From Amoeboradix gromovi X-113 (lineage: Eukaryota; Fungi; Sanchytriomycota), in the NCBI GenBank assembly GCA_018985225.1, contig JADGIF010000217.1, positions 1 through 14,015 on the forward strand: a stretch of DNA of 14,015 bases. The letters are read 5' to 3'. The position numbers and the translations under genes were made by a program. Positions within the stretch are counted from its first letter, which is position 1; every line of letters starts with the position of its first letter. Under the pieces are notes generated by a model. The model was given only the letters and a program-made list of their open reading frames with translations, did no database searches and was not told the origin of the DNA. Below are positions 1 to 10,780 of the stretch, in pieces.

Positions 1-425
1 TAATAGTGATATTTTATTTGAAATAAATATTGGATGAAAGAGTAAGAGAATAGCTGTACAGAATATTTATTTTTGAAATTCGATACAAAAAGTTATTTAT
101 TTTCCTTTTATACTCGTCAACTCCGCAACTAGCTGAATGTCCACTCGCCTCTTAAATAACGTTGCAAGTTGTTACAGATAGTTAGTCCAGTTTTTATATT
201 TGATGTCCCATGTGTAATTTTTACCTACACAGGTTCTCTACACTGATGAATGGGAACTCTTGATTCTTTTAGATCTTCCAGTTGAGCGCCATGTCTTGCC
301 GCTGGTAAATAATTGCTGAATCATTCCGTACTGCCATCCTCAGAAAGCACAAGATCAGGACTATTAAAAAATTGCAAACTTTATTTTTTTTATTTGAGAT
401 AATCTGGAAATCGCAGTACGTCCCA

Positions 426-1036
426 TTTGTTTTAAAACTTGACTAGTTTTCGTGGTTTCCCATTTTACTCGTTAAAAGTCCTGATTTCTGAGGAAACCGA
501 GAATTTCCACAGAGAACCTGGCAGTGCTAAGAAACCGTCACAGTGATTGCTCTCACTTGCACTACCCTGAGGTGGGATTCAGTAAGGATGCATATACTGG
601 ATATATATATTCCTTGCCATACGATCTCTATCTGTCTCCAAATGACGACTGGTACAAGTGCAGCTCTCCAAATTGGTTTCTTCAGAGTATCGCACCTTTT
701 ACATCCATGATAAGCATTAATGTATCGCATTGTTGCACATGTAGTAAGAAAAATAGATACGAATAATTAAATAAATGGTTTACAAGTCTATTTTTGTCGT
801 TGATCTCTTTCTAGGCATTCGTAGACACTTAACTGTACCATGCTTGGGCCAGTTCCTCAACGTTGATGAATGTATGCTGTTAACATTAGTTATTTCTTTA
901 GATTTGATTTACCATTTGCGAAAATAAGAAATACAGAGCATTTAAGGTATTGGAGAAATATGGAAAGTCATGCGATTATATAAAAACAGATTCAGATTCT
1001 CGATAAATAATTTATTTTACAAAATTCGATAGCTGT
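426..1036 (-). mobile_element. Non-autonomous IS607-type (TnpA/TnpB-Fanzor2) deletion derivative, copy A, decayed
   Basis: Minus strand reads KEITNVNSIHSSTLRNWPKHGTVKCLRMP (MerR-like HTH of IS607 TnpA), then CKRCDTLK...CTSRHLETDRDRMARNIY (TnpB Zn-finger/RuvC-III), with stops and frameshifts. Collinear with 13416-14015: identical 24-mer 844-867 = 13858-13881 and 18-mer 499-516 = 13514-13531. The end at ~975-1036 matches ~8299-8360. Right boundary approximate. Confidence 0.85.
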
Positions 1037-1045
1037 TTCACCCAA

Positions 1046-2500
1046 ATGGATCAAATCGAATTGAGTCTAGAAGATGAAAGTTTTATCAGTTTGCGTTGTA
1101 CTGTTCCTGACAAATCTAACTCATTAATTGAGCTGCAATGCACTGCTCCAGATAAACCTAGTACCTTTATTAATTTACAATGTACTGCTACTGAGTTACC
1201 TAAGACCCATCTGAGTTCTGCTAGTCCTGATAATTCTACCAGTGCTGTGGATGCAACTAATAGCTCAAAGCCTCAGTTATCTTGTAGTGTTCCCGACCCC
1301 ACTGAACCTTTAGGAATTGCTAGGTCTGCTCAATCGTCGTTTCATAACACCAATGAAATGATAGACATAGAGGATGCTGTTGCCAATAATATTCTAACTG
1401 GTGAGCTAGCTAATCCTGATGACTACATCCCAAATGTACAAATTATATCTCATTACACAAATAGCATCGAATCAATTTATGAAAACAAATCTAAAAACAG
1501 TAGTTTGCCTATCAACAATAAGTCTGATGATGCACCCTCATTCAACTCAATTCCACTTGATGATCAGTTTGATGGTTTATCTGATTCAAATATCGAGAAA
1601 TCTATCCAATCGACTCCAAATGACGATTCATTTGATGTCATGAAAATAGCTGCTGTTCAACCTCGAACGAGTCATGCTTTCAAGGTCAGCGATCCTTACT
1701 CATTTTTAGATCCCCCATCCCAAATCCCAAAAGAGAAGCCTGTGCAGGTCCACTCTTTTGATTTATTCAGTACGCCATCACCACAATTCACATCTAAACT
1801 TATGATTCCAAATCGTGCTAGCCAGGCATCCCATGAGATCACCTGTAATGATCAATTGACTACTGCAGCCTCTAACACTTCCGTAATGCCCATGGATACT
1901 CGAAATGATACATTAATGGGTGATGCGCAGTCTAATAGCTCATCAGTCATAGAATCATCAGTAATAGAAGACTACCAGTTCCCACTGATACCAGCACCTT
2001 TGAAGATCGATTACGACAATTTCGATGCAAATTTAAATACAATTTTATTCATGAATTACCAGTTCTTGTTGCTAAATGATAGCTACTTAGACTCTATAAA
2101 GCACAGAGGAGGATTGATAACGTCTATTTATGAGATCAGAATGGAGCTACAGCCTGTAATAATAAATGATGCACCAAATGAAGACATGACATGGTTGTTA
2201 GGGTTAGCCATGGATATACCTAGGATAGCTTGTTTTTGGATTGATGATTGTATAGAGCAGAATCAGATATTACCATTTCATGGATATATGTTATGTAACG
2301 GCTATATAAACAAATCTCCAATATTTGCAACCATACAGCCCAATTTATTTGGAAATCAGACTTTTGTAATAGGAGAGCATCAAGAATATGCATATTTAAT
2401 AGAACAGTGTGGCGGAATAATAAGTTTGGAAGGAACTCCTGTTAATCCACAGCTAGTCATAGCGAGTCTGATACAACAAATAAATTTATTTTTATATTAA
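1046..2500 (+). CDS. Tandem-BRCT protein with long Ser/Asp/Asn-rich disordered N-terminus; Rad9/Crb2/53BP1-like checkpoint mediator
   Basis: 484-aa ORF. C-terminal LFMNYQFLL...IKHRGGLI...WLLGLAMDIPRIACFWIDDCIEQNQILPFHGYML...NLFGNQTF...LIEQCGGII...PVNPQLVIASL follows the 53BP1/Crb2 BRCT pair pattern, with a shortened second repeat. Confidence 0.7.
   Translation: MDQIELSLEDESFISLRCTVPDKSNSLIELQCTAPDKPSTFINLQCTATELPKTHLSSASPDNSTSAVDATNSSKPQLSCSVPDPTEPLGIARSAQSSFHNTNEMIDIEDAVANNILTGELANPDDYIPNVQIISHYTNSIESIYENKSKNSSLPINNKSDDAPSFNSIPLDDQFDGLSDSNIEKSIQSTPNDDSFDVMKIAAVQPRTSHAFKVSDPYSFLDPPSQIPKEKPVQVHSFDLFSTPSPQFTSKLMIPNRASQASHEITCNDQLTTAASNTSVMPMDTRNDTLMGDAQSNSSSVIESSVIEDYQFPLIPAPLKIDYDNFDANLNTILFMNYQFLLLNDSYLDSIKHRGGLITSIYEIRMELQPVIINDAPNEDMTWLLGLAMDIPRIACFWIDDCIEQNQILPFHGYMLCNGYINKSPIFATIQPNLFGNQTFVIGEHQEYAYLIEQCGGIISLEGTPVNPQLVIASLIQQINLFLY
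1082..1207 (+). repeat. Three imperfect 42-nt (14-aa) coding repeats
   Basis: FISLRCTVPDKSNS / LIELQCTAPDKPST / FINLQCTATELPKT; weaker copies follow (HLSSASPD, QLSCSVPD). Confidence 0.8.
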
Positions 2501-2609
2501 AAGACCTAAATAGCATTATCTAAAGACTTACAGTAACTTCGAATCGTCCGTACAATAGCTATCGTCATTGGAGTCTTCAATAAGTTCGCACTAAAATTTC
2601 TAACTTCCT

Positions 2610-2786
2610 AAAAAATCAGGACCCTCGGCGGATAAACTAATAGCGCTAGTCCCAAAGTAACAGCGGTTTCCCACGCTTTCTGATTTGATGGTCAAATGTG
2701 GTTTCTTCCCCAGGAACACGAAATGAAAGCATAAGCAGTTTGGGATCATCGTATCCTCGCTACTCAACTAAAAAGCGACAGATACG
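2610..2786 (-). ncRNA. Candidate structured RNA of unknown class
   Basis: Nested complementary segments: 2750-2755/2781-2786, 2757-2761/2774-2778, 2650-2656/2739-2745, 2675-2680/2725-2730, 2683-2688/2692-2697. A GAAA-capped stem lies at 2663-2674 on the minus strand. It ends in CTGA followed by T6. Confidence 0.4.
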
Positions 2787-2811
2787 TTAAAATTCAACAT
2801 GTTTATTATGA

Positions 2812-3889
2812 CTAAACTAATACGCTCCATTCATGTTGAACCTGGCCATACTGTATCTTTAAAATCTCATCATTGAATTTTGAAGTCAGTTCACCTTGTT
2901 TGATTGGAATATCTATGCCATCGAAATGAATGTTATTTACAGGACACACTATACAAGCTGTACCTGCACCAAATATTTCTGATATCTAAGTTAGTTATCA
3001 ATACGTTCTTCTGGTTTTTAATGATCTCTGTCATTGTTATTTTACCTTGCCTGACAGGGATTCCCATGGATTCAGCTAATTTCAAAATAGAATCGCGAGT
3101 TACACCAGGCAAAATAGTGCCATCTAGAGGAGGAGTGACTAGCTCCTTCTTACCATCCTTAATCCAATACACAAATATATTCATAGTACCCACCTCACTC
3201 AGCTCGTCATTTACCAGCCAGAGCACCTGGGAATGGCCTTGGGACTGGGCTATTTTCTGAGGAACGATGGTCGGTGAGTAATTAGCACCAATTTTAAAGC
3301 TGCCGGATCCGCCTTTCCAAGCACGAGCAAATTTAGTAGTTGCGTAAAGAGAAATGGGTTTGAAGCCTTCTTTGAAGTAAGGACCTACAGGAGAACATAT
3401 TACGAACAGCTTAGCTTGCGTAGATGGCGACACCCCTAAAGATGGAGAAGTGCCAATTAAAGTAGGACGAATATAGAGAGAATAACCTTTTTGGTTGGGA
3501 ATAAATTTAGAATCTACTTTACATAGCTCTTTAATACAATGCAGGAGATCTTGCTCGCTGACTTGCGGCAATGCCAATCTTTCAGCAGAAGAATTAAATC
3601 TCCTCATATTCATCGAAGGACGAAATAATCTAATGTTATTAGATTTGTCCTTATAAGCCTTCATTCCTTCAAAACATTCGGTGGCGTAGTGAAATACAGA
3701 ACAACTAGGGTCTAATGCAATAGGCTGATATGGTACAATTCTTGGAGATTTCCAACCATTATCAAAGTCAACTATAAACATATGATCCGAGAAGGACTTA
3801 CCAAATACAAGTGAATCTAATGGTGGTAGCTCTTTGGGAAACTTAGTGCGCTGTATTGTTAATGACTTTGAAAAGAATCTCTTCAGCAT
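2812..3889 (-). CDS. BAT1: Branched-chain amino acid aminotransferase, probably mitochondrial; exons 3889-3005 and 2985-2812, 352 aa
   Basis: Motifs FGKSFSDHM, FEGMKAY, LFRP, LYIRP, KIGANY (PLP Lys), EVGTMN, ILPGVTRDS. Removing the 19-nt intron restores EIFGAGTACIVCPV...IQYGQVQHEWS. The N-terminus MLKRFFSK resembles a presequence. Confidence 0.96.
2986..3004 (-). other. 19-nt spliceosomal intron (phase 0) in BCAT
   Basis: GTATTGATAACTAACTTAG, with a CTAAC branch motif abutting TTAG; removal restores the conserved frame. Confidence 0.93.
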
Positions 3890-4164
3890 GGTTTCAATTA
3901 TTACTCCATTTGGCTAAGCCAACGAGAATATCGTAATGAGTAACCTTCAAGTTCTTTTTCACCGAATTAGTGACGGGTAATGGTTTATTCATGCTCAATT
4001 TCTTTCCTTTAGCGTTGATAGCACTCTGTAAAAACGGAAACCGAATTCTATAATATTCAAAACGAGATAAGGTCAATAGTTTTATTTCTCCTTTTAGTGA
4101 ATTATATGATCCGGCATCTCTCTTAAAGAAGAATCGCCCGGTACATGCAAGTAAAAGGTCATTT

Positions 4165-4757
4165 ATTAAAGGTAGTTCCATCGGCCTAATACATGTCTAA
4201 TCCAACTCGATAGAACCTCTCTCTCTTAAATTAGTAGCAAAATCAAGAGATCCATTACAGAGGCTTCTTGCGCTCTCACTACCCTGTGACCGGATTGAAT
4301 TGGGATATATGTACTTCTAGTATATGTTTCTTGTCATCCTATGGTCTCCCTGCATCCAAGATCTTTAATATTTTGGGTAGTTGAGAAGTCCTAACAAATA
4401 GCACTCATCTGTCATTAAACTGAATTTTTTCATTTTATTGATGTGACCCGTATACAAGAGAACCTCTCGAGAAATAGAGAAAAGATAAAGCGAGTTCTAA
4501 ATCTATTGTAAATTGTATAGGAATCTCTTTCCTGTGTCGAGAGAAATCGAATAGGTCTTGAAGAAAATTTAGTTGCGTATTTACTCATGATTTATTTAGA
4601 ATTGAGACATTCAGGATCTCGAGGCTTTGATCTATTTCATTTTTTGAAAAGTAAGAACATCGAGTTTTTCTCATATGAAGTATTTGCAAAAAGAGCTAAA
4701 TGAAAATAAACGTAATGTAATCGCGATGAATATTCATTCGGTTAAATTGAATAGCTG
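4165..4757 (-). mobile_element. IS607-type deletion derivative, copy B, more decayed
   Basis: 4251-4348 aligns ungapped with copy D (GDHRMTRNIY*KYIYPNSIRSQGSESARSLCNG vs RDHVAARNIYIKYMYPYSIPPQASESVSNHCNG). 4509-4552 matches the TnpA part, 4604-4670 matches copies C and D, and it ends in AAATTGAATAGCTG like copies A and C. Right boundary approximate. Confidence 0.78.
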
Positions 4758-5069
4758 CGACTAGCAACAATAATTGTATATCTTCTTTTATAGGTCATGA
4801 TGAGCTGTACAATAGTCCGTTGTATATCGTCGAATGTAAATTCTGTAGGCTAGAGAAAAAGTACAATACTGAATAATAATTGAAACAAATTGTATTTATG
4901 TGTTACTGTTGGTAAGCTGGTAATTCCAATAGGCAATGGCTGACAAGAAAAATAGAAGCTTCTTTTAATTTAACCTAATTGCTTTAATGGTTTTCATGTT
5001 ACCCTTGATCACGGTTAACAATTTATTTTATTTTTTATATAAAGTCCCTTTCTAGAGTCCTTGTTTGAC

Positions 5070-5894
5070 ATGTTATCTCAGCTACCCAAATTATATTTCA
5101 GTGGAACTCCCAAAGCGGGAACTTCTTCTATACACCGTGTAATTTTTAACAAGCTCAGCCCTAACGAAACGCTTTTTCTGGAACCAACTCATAAAATTGA
5201 GCATTACATCACGGAATCTGTGCTGAAACTCAATATCTACGATATACCATTTGATTTACTTCCACAGACTGATGTATCTGATGGGCATTTAATATTTGTG
5301 CATAACAGTCAAGATCCTCAACCTTTGGAAGCGGTTTTACCACTTGTTGCAAAATCTTCAAAGCAATGCACTGTACTGTTGCATAAAAGAGACGGGGTGC
5401 CTGAAGAAGTAATGCTTGATCTAATTCGTGAATCTCAACAGCGACTAAGTGAAGATGGAATTGAAGCACAAGTTATTGCGACTTCTATCTATGACAGTTC
5501 TATTTTTGAAGGGCTTTCTTTAGTACTACAGAAACACCTTAATACACCAGCATTAGAAAATGTGCTGAATATCACTTGCTCCTTGACTTTTATAGAGAAG
5601 TTGTATTTGCTAGACGCCTCATCTAAACTGTATATAAGCATGGATTCGGCTTCACTTAGCGCATATGAAGTACTTAGTGACAGTATAGACATGATGGTAG
5701 ATTGTTTGGCATTGTATACCTCCACAGATATAAAAAAGTCTAAAATTACACTTTCTCATGTTCACATTGTTTGTATTAGAGTTCATAAAGAACTGGTGCT
5801 GCTTGGGCTAACTAGAGATATGCATGCAATTACGTGGCACAATTTAGAGTGCATTGCAGATCAGGTTAGGGAGATTCTAAAAATAAAAAAATAG
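5070..5894 (+). CDS. GTR2: Rag GTPase, RagC/D (Gtr2) family, divergent, 274 aa
   Basis: SSIHRVIFNKLSPNETLFLE, HKRDG, TSIYDSSIFEGLSLVLQK, LENVLN, IEKLYLLDASSKLYISMDS and YEVLSDSIDM match RagC/Gtr2. First ATG is at 5070. Confidence 0.9.
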   Translation: MLSQLPKLYFSGTPKAGTSSIHRVIFNKLSPNETLFLEPTHKIEHYITESVLKLNIYDIPFDLLPQTDVSDGHLIFVHNSQDPQPLEAVLPLVAKSSKQCTVLLHKRDGVPEEVMLDLIRESQQRLSEDGIEAQVIATSIYDSSIFEGLSLVLQKHLNTPALENVLNITCSLTFIEKLYLLDASSKLYISMDSASLSAYEVLSDSIDMMVDCLALYTSTDIKKSKITLSHVHIVCIRVHKELVLLGLTRDMHAITWHNLECIADQVREILKIKK

Positions 5895-5997
5895 TTCAAT
5901 TGAGTTGTAAGATGTTTTAATAAACGCTTCGGATTCATCCAACTTATCGGACTTAATAGTACACTTTTATTTATTGATCGCATTTAGTCAAATTCAA

Positions 5998-6394
5998 TTA
6001 TTGCTCTACTACGCCTACGTTAAATGTGAAGAATTCGAAAATCATGAAGATTTCAAACCCACACCTCTCAAGTGTAGACAACTTGGGGAGATACCATTTG
6101 AGCATGTTCTTGCCTACATTATTTTGAAGTACCTGGATTGATATCTCTATGGTCTTGGTGACCGCATTGCTGACAATTGACGCAACGATTGAATCCTTTC
6201 ATCCCATTTACGCAATTGAGTGTTGGACACATCATATTGTTTTTGAATGGTCGCAACTGTAATGAGCTTTGAGTCCTTTTCATTTCGCATATTCTGATGC
6301 GATAAAATTGCTCCAAGTCGTAGATCTGCAAAGTGTTGAATGGTGACAAAATACCAGTACCAATAAAAAGAAGTCCTATGATATTGAGAGTTGT
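5998..6394 (-). pseudogene. C-terminal relic of a Fanzor/TnpB-family nuclease (Fanzor1-like), intron-containing
   Basis: Reads LFIGTG...MCPTLNC...RCVNCQQCGHQDHRDINP and, after removal of a 19-nt intron, GKNMLKWYL. This is a four-Cys Zn finger plus a RuvC-III RDxNxxxN motif. It has no N-terminal lobe and no in-frame RuvC-II Glu. Confidence 0.65.
6114..6132 (-). other. 19-nt spliceosomal intron (phase 1) in the Fanzor-like relic
   Basis: GTACTTCAAAATAATGTAG, same length and consensus as the host introns; splicing gives HRDINPGKNM. Confidence 0.7.
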
Positions 6395-6440
6395 TTATTT
6401 TTTGTCTTGTTCACTTTCAGCACGGGACACTGTCATGTAA

Positions 6441-8079
<1,639 letters not shown>

Positions 8080-8194
8080 TTGAATCAAATAAAAAATTTC
8101 ATTGAAATTGACGACCCTTGAGGGATAAAGCTTTTGGTCTTAGCTGAGATTTTTAAGATGCGATCAAGGCATGTTGTAAGAGTTTTAATAAATG

Positions 8195-8360
8195 ACTTGA
8201 TTTATAGGAAAGAGATATTCAGGATCAAATCCATTGATTACGTTTGCCATTGTGAAAAGGAAGAATGTCAAGTGTTTAAGGTATTTGAAAGCCTTTTAAT
8301 TAGATAAAAATACATAAAAATTCTCAATAAATGATTAATTTTACAAAATTTAATAGCTGT
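8195..8360 (-). mobile_element. IS607-type derivative, copy C, left-end fragment only
   Basis: GAGATATTCAGGATCAAATCCATTGATTACGTTTGCC matches copy D GACATATTCGGGATTACATCCATTGATTCCATTTGCC. ~8299-8360 aligns ungapped with ~975-1036, and similarity stops after ATAGCTGT. Confidence 0.78.
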
Positions 8361-8404
8361 AAAACAGAGATTAAAACAACTCAAACATTTATTAACGGTA
8401 ACCA

Positions 8405-9384
8405 CTATTGTTCCTCAGGGTATGGGTCTAATTTTGGATGACTTTTAGACTCTTCCTTTCCGAAGAAAGTCTTCAGAAAAGTAGTCGATCTTGATTGTTT
8501 AAAAAACATATGTTCCAATAAAGAAGAAGCAGTTGGTCTGCGATGAGGATCCCTTTCCAAGCAAATTGATAGCATGTCATGAAAATACTTTGACATTTTA
8601 CCGCTAGTGTCAAGCATTGGGGGTGGAAGTACATAATGCAATTTGGCTCGCAAAATCTACGTAAATACTAAAATACCTTTAAAGCAGGCCAGTTTTCGAA
8701 TCCAGTCTTACCGAACGCCATTTCTACAGCTGTGGCTGCAAACGCATATATATCTGCAGGTGTTCCATGTAGAGTGTGCTGATCAAGCACCTCAGGGGCC
8801 GCCCATTCAATTTCGCCGACGAAATCAAAACTTTTCTTTTTCATATGATGCAAACCCGTTAGGCACACCTCACCGCTTGTGTCCACTAGTATATTTTCAC
8901 ATCTAATGTCATTATGACAGGTATCTTGCGAATGTAAATACTCCAATCCTTTCAACAACTCACGAAGTATTGTTGCTACGACTGCTTCCGGAAATCCTTT
9001 TTGATATTCCTTATTAAGTATACTGCGCACACTACCCAGCTTCATTGGTAAAGTTACTACCCATAACCTTTCATTCTCAACGAAGCACTTGTAATACGGT
9101 AAAATATTGTCATGGCGAAGGCTACAAGAATTTCTTATTGAGGTTATTAGATCCTCAAGTAATGTATAATTACTGCATATATTTAAATCTGTAAACTTCA
9201 GAGCTACATCTATTCCTTGAAATTTACTGAGATATAAATAAGAAATGTCATCACATCCACCTAGAGGACTAATTAATTCGTAATCCTTTATATTTGTTGT
9301 ATACTTTAACGCGTTTTTCTCTCTTTGAGATGTAAATGTGGAGAATAATTTGTCTCGAATTGATTTCTGTCTTTTTACGCTCAT
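8405..9384 (-). CDS. STE20-family (STRAD/OSR1-like) kinase, probable pseudokinase; exons 9384-8677 and 8656-8405, 319 aa
   Basis: VALK, LRHDNILPYYKCFV, LWVV, GFPEAVVATILRELLKGLEYLH, HNDIRCENILV, WAAPEVL, ADIY and CLERDPHRRPTASSLLEHMFF. DFG is replaced by GLH. Confidence 0.9.
8657..8676 (-). other. 20-nt spliceosomal intron (phase 0) in the kinase
   Basis: GTATTTTAGTATTTACGTAG; removal joins WPALK to ILRAKL and fuses the two ORFs in frame. Confidence 0.9.
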
Positions 9385-9388
9385 CAAG

Positions 9389-9640
9389 ATGGATCCACCA
9401 GCCAAACAAGCAAAACATGTTTTAAATAGCGATGTAAAATATGAAGGTACAGGACACGAGGATACTACAAAGCATGAGTTTATGACTAATGTTCACAGAG
9501 ATACTTACACTACAATAATTGGGAGACAATTTTACATGAATTACATTGGAGCTTGTACAGGTAAGTCGCTAGAAGAAGTAAGGGTTGAACTACTGGAGCG
9601 AATGCTAATACCGTGCGGGAGCATTCCTAAAAAACAATAA
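9389..9640 (+). CDS. SF3B5: Splicing factor 3B subunit 5 (SF3b10/Ysf3), 83 aa
   Basis: KYEGTGHEDTTKHEFMTNVHRDTY...VRVELLERMLIPCG matches the family pattern KYxGTGHxDTTK.E...N.HRD...M..PCG. Confidence 0.92.
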   Translation: MDPPAKQAKHVLNSDVKYEGTGHEDTTKHEFMTNVHRDTYTTIIGRQFYMNYIGACTGKSLEEVRVELLERMLIPCGSIPKKQ

Positions 9641-9847
9641 ACATTAACTTTATTGAATTTATATTTAAGTATTATTTTGCAATTGAGTTGATCGATACCA
9701 ATTATGAAATAATGGCTGTAATAATTTGGTACTTGTGTAAACCGAGGATCGTAAAAACGCCAATGTATCCAAAGATCGAGAACCCAATCTGGAATTGGTG
9801 CAAGCTTTTAAAGACAAATCATATTTGCTTGAAATACTTGCAGGCTT

Positions 9848-9855
9848 TATAAAAG
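9848..9855 (+). promoter_or_regulatory. Possible TATA box
   Basis: TATAAAAG starts 30 nt before the ATG at 9878; the AT-rich background weakens the call. Confidence 0.35.
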
Positions 9856-9877
9856 AAACTGTTTTTAGTTATCATAA

Positions 9878-10609
9878 ATGGTTTTCAGTCTATATGTGTT
9901 GATCAGTCTTGCTAAAGCTAACTCCGATATGGATGAGCCTTGCAGTTTTTTGAAGAAAGAATTCTCTAAAGCTTCTCTCGCAAGCGATGACGGTGGCTGT
10001 TGGGGTGACAAAAAAAGTAATCCCAATTTTATTAGTCCTCACTGCTTTCGTCTACGATCCAATGAAACAGATGCTGGTGAAAAGTACAAATACTGTGAGA
10101 CTATTAACAAATGCAAATCCGAAATTGTTAATTACAGCAATACTTTACCCAATGACAAGAGTGGGAAGTGCAAATTATCTGACTCTTCAGCTAAATGTCA
10201 AAAATCAAGAAGAGCTGCCTCAAAAGCTTTACAGGAGTGCAAAAAATCAATTTTAATTGGGGTGCAACCAACAGAAAACGAGCCTTGTAAAGATAAAAGA
10301 GTCGCATATAACCTAGCAGTTGAAAGAAGCTACAACATTGGCTGCTGGGGTAGTCCAGGTGGGGGCAACAATAATTCCAATTTTTTGGGTCAAATTTGTG
10401 TTAACCGTAGAGAAGCAGAAACAGATGCCGGCGTCAGATATAGATACTGCAAAATCAAAACTCAGTGTGCTTCAGCTATTCAGGAATATAGCGACGTTTT
10501 ACTAGAAATTAAAACTGAAAAATGCCAGGATTCTAAATTCGTAAAGCAGTGCGAAAAGAAACAAACGAATGCTTCTAAGGCATTAAGGGAGTGCAAAGAA
10601 TCAATCTAA
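9878..10609 (+). CDS. Secreted cysteine-rich protein with two tandem 8-Cys domains
   Basis: Short hydrophobic leader ending AKA. Two ~110-aa repeats share EPC, GCWG, NF, ETDAG.xY.YC and ASKALxECKxSI. Confidence 0.85.
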   Translation: MVFSLYVLISLAKANSDMDEPCSFLKKEFSKASLASDDGGCWGDKKSNPNFISPHCFRLRSNETDAGEKYKYCETINKCKSEIVNYSNTLPNDKSGKCKLSDSSAKCQKSRRAASKALQECKKSILIGVQPTENEPCKDKRVAYNLAVERSYNIGCWGSPGGGNNNSNFLGQICVNRREAETDAGVRYRYCKIKTQCASAIQEYSDVLLEIKTEKCQDSKFVKQCEKKQTNASKALRECKESI

Positions 10610-10780
10610 ATAAACAATTTAGTAAAACTTTTATTGTATTCCACATGATTATTGAAACAGAGTTCTAAAATCAGACAAAACTTTTAGGATCTTGTGTTTG
10701 ACTATAGACCTGTCAGCGAATAAAATGCCCTGATAATCCTGTTAGCAGCAATAAAAGCGGCGATCTCGCAACAAGTTATA

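Noticed and set aside
1-425. ATAGCTGT at 50-57, a left-end-like stretch at 65-85, and a broken minus-strand frame
   Set aside because: The matches are too short in AT-rich DNA, and no protein motif was recognised.
524-766. Short ORFs 524-766 (+) and 527-730 (-)
   Set aside because: Both lie inside decayed element copy A. The minus ORF shares only a few codons with the TnpB frame, and the plus ORF is antisense.
3894-4181. 95-aa minus-strand ORF ending just upstream of BCAT
   Set aside because: No recognisable motif and it starts at the edge of element copy B. It cannot be supported as a gene, though it is not excluded.
4797-4943. Possible box C/D snoRNA (ATGATGA ... CTGA)
   Set aside because: No terminal stem and no recognisable rRNA-complementary guide.
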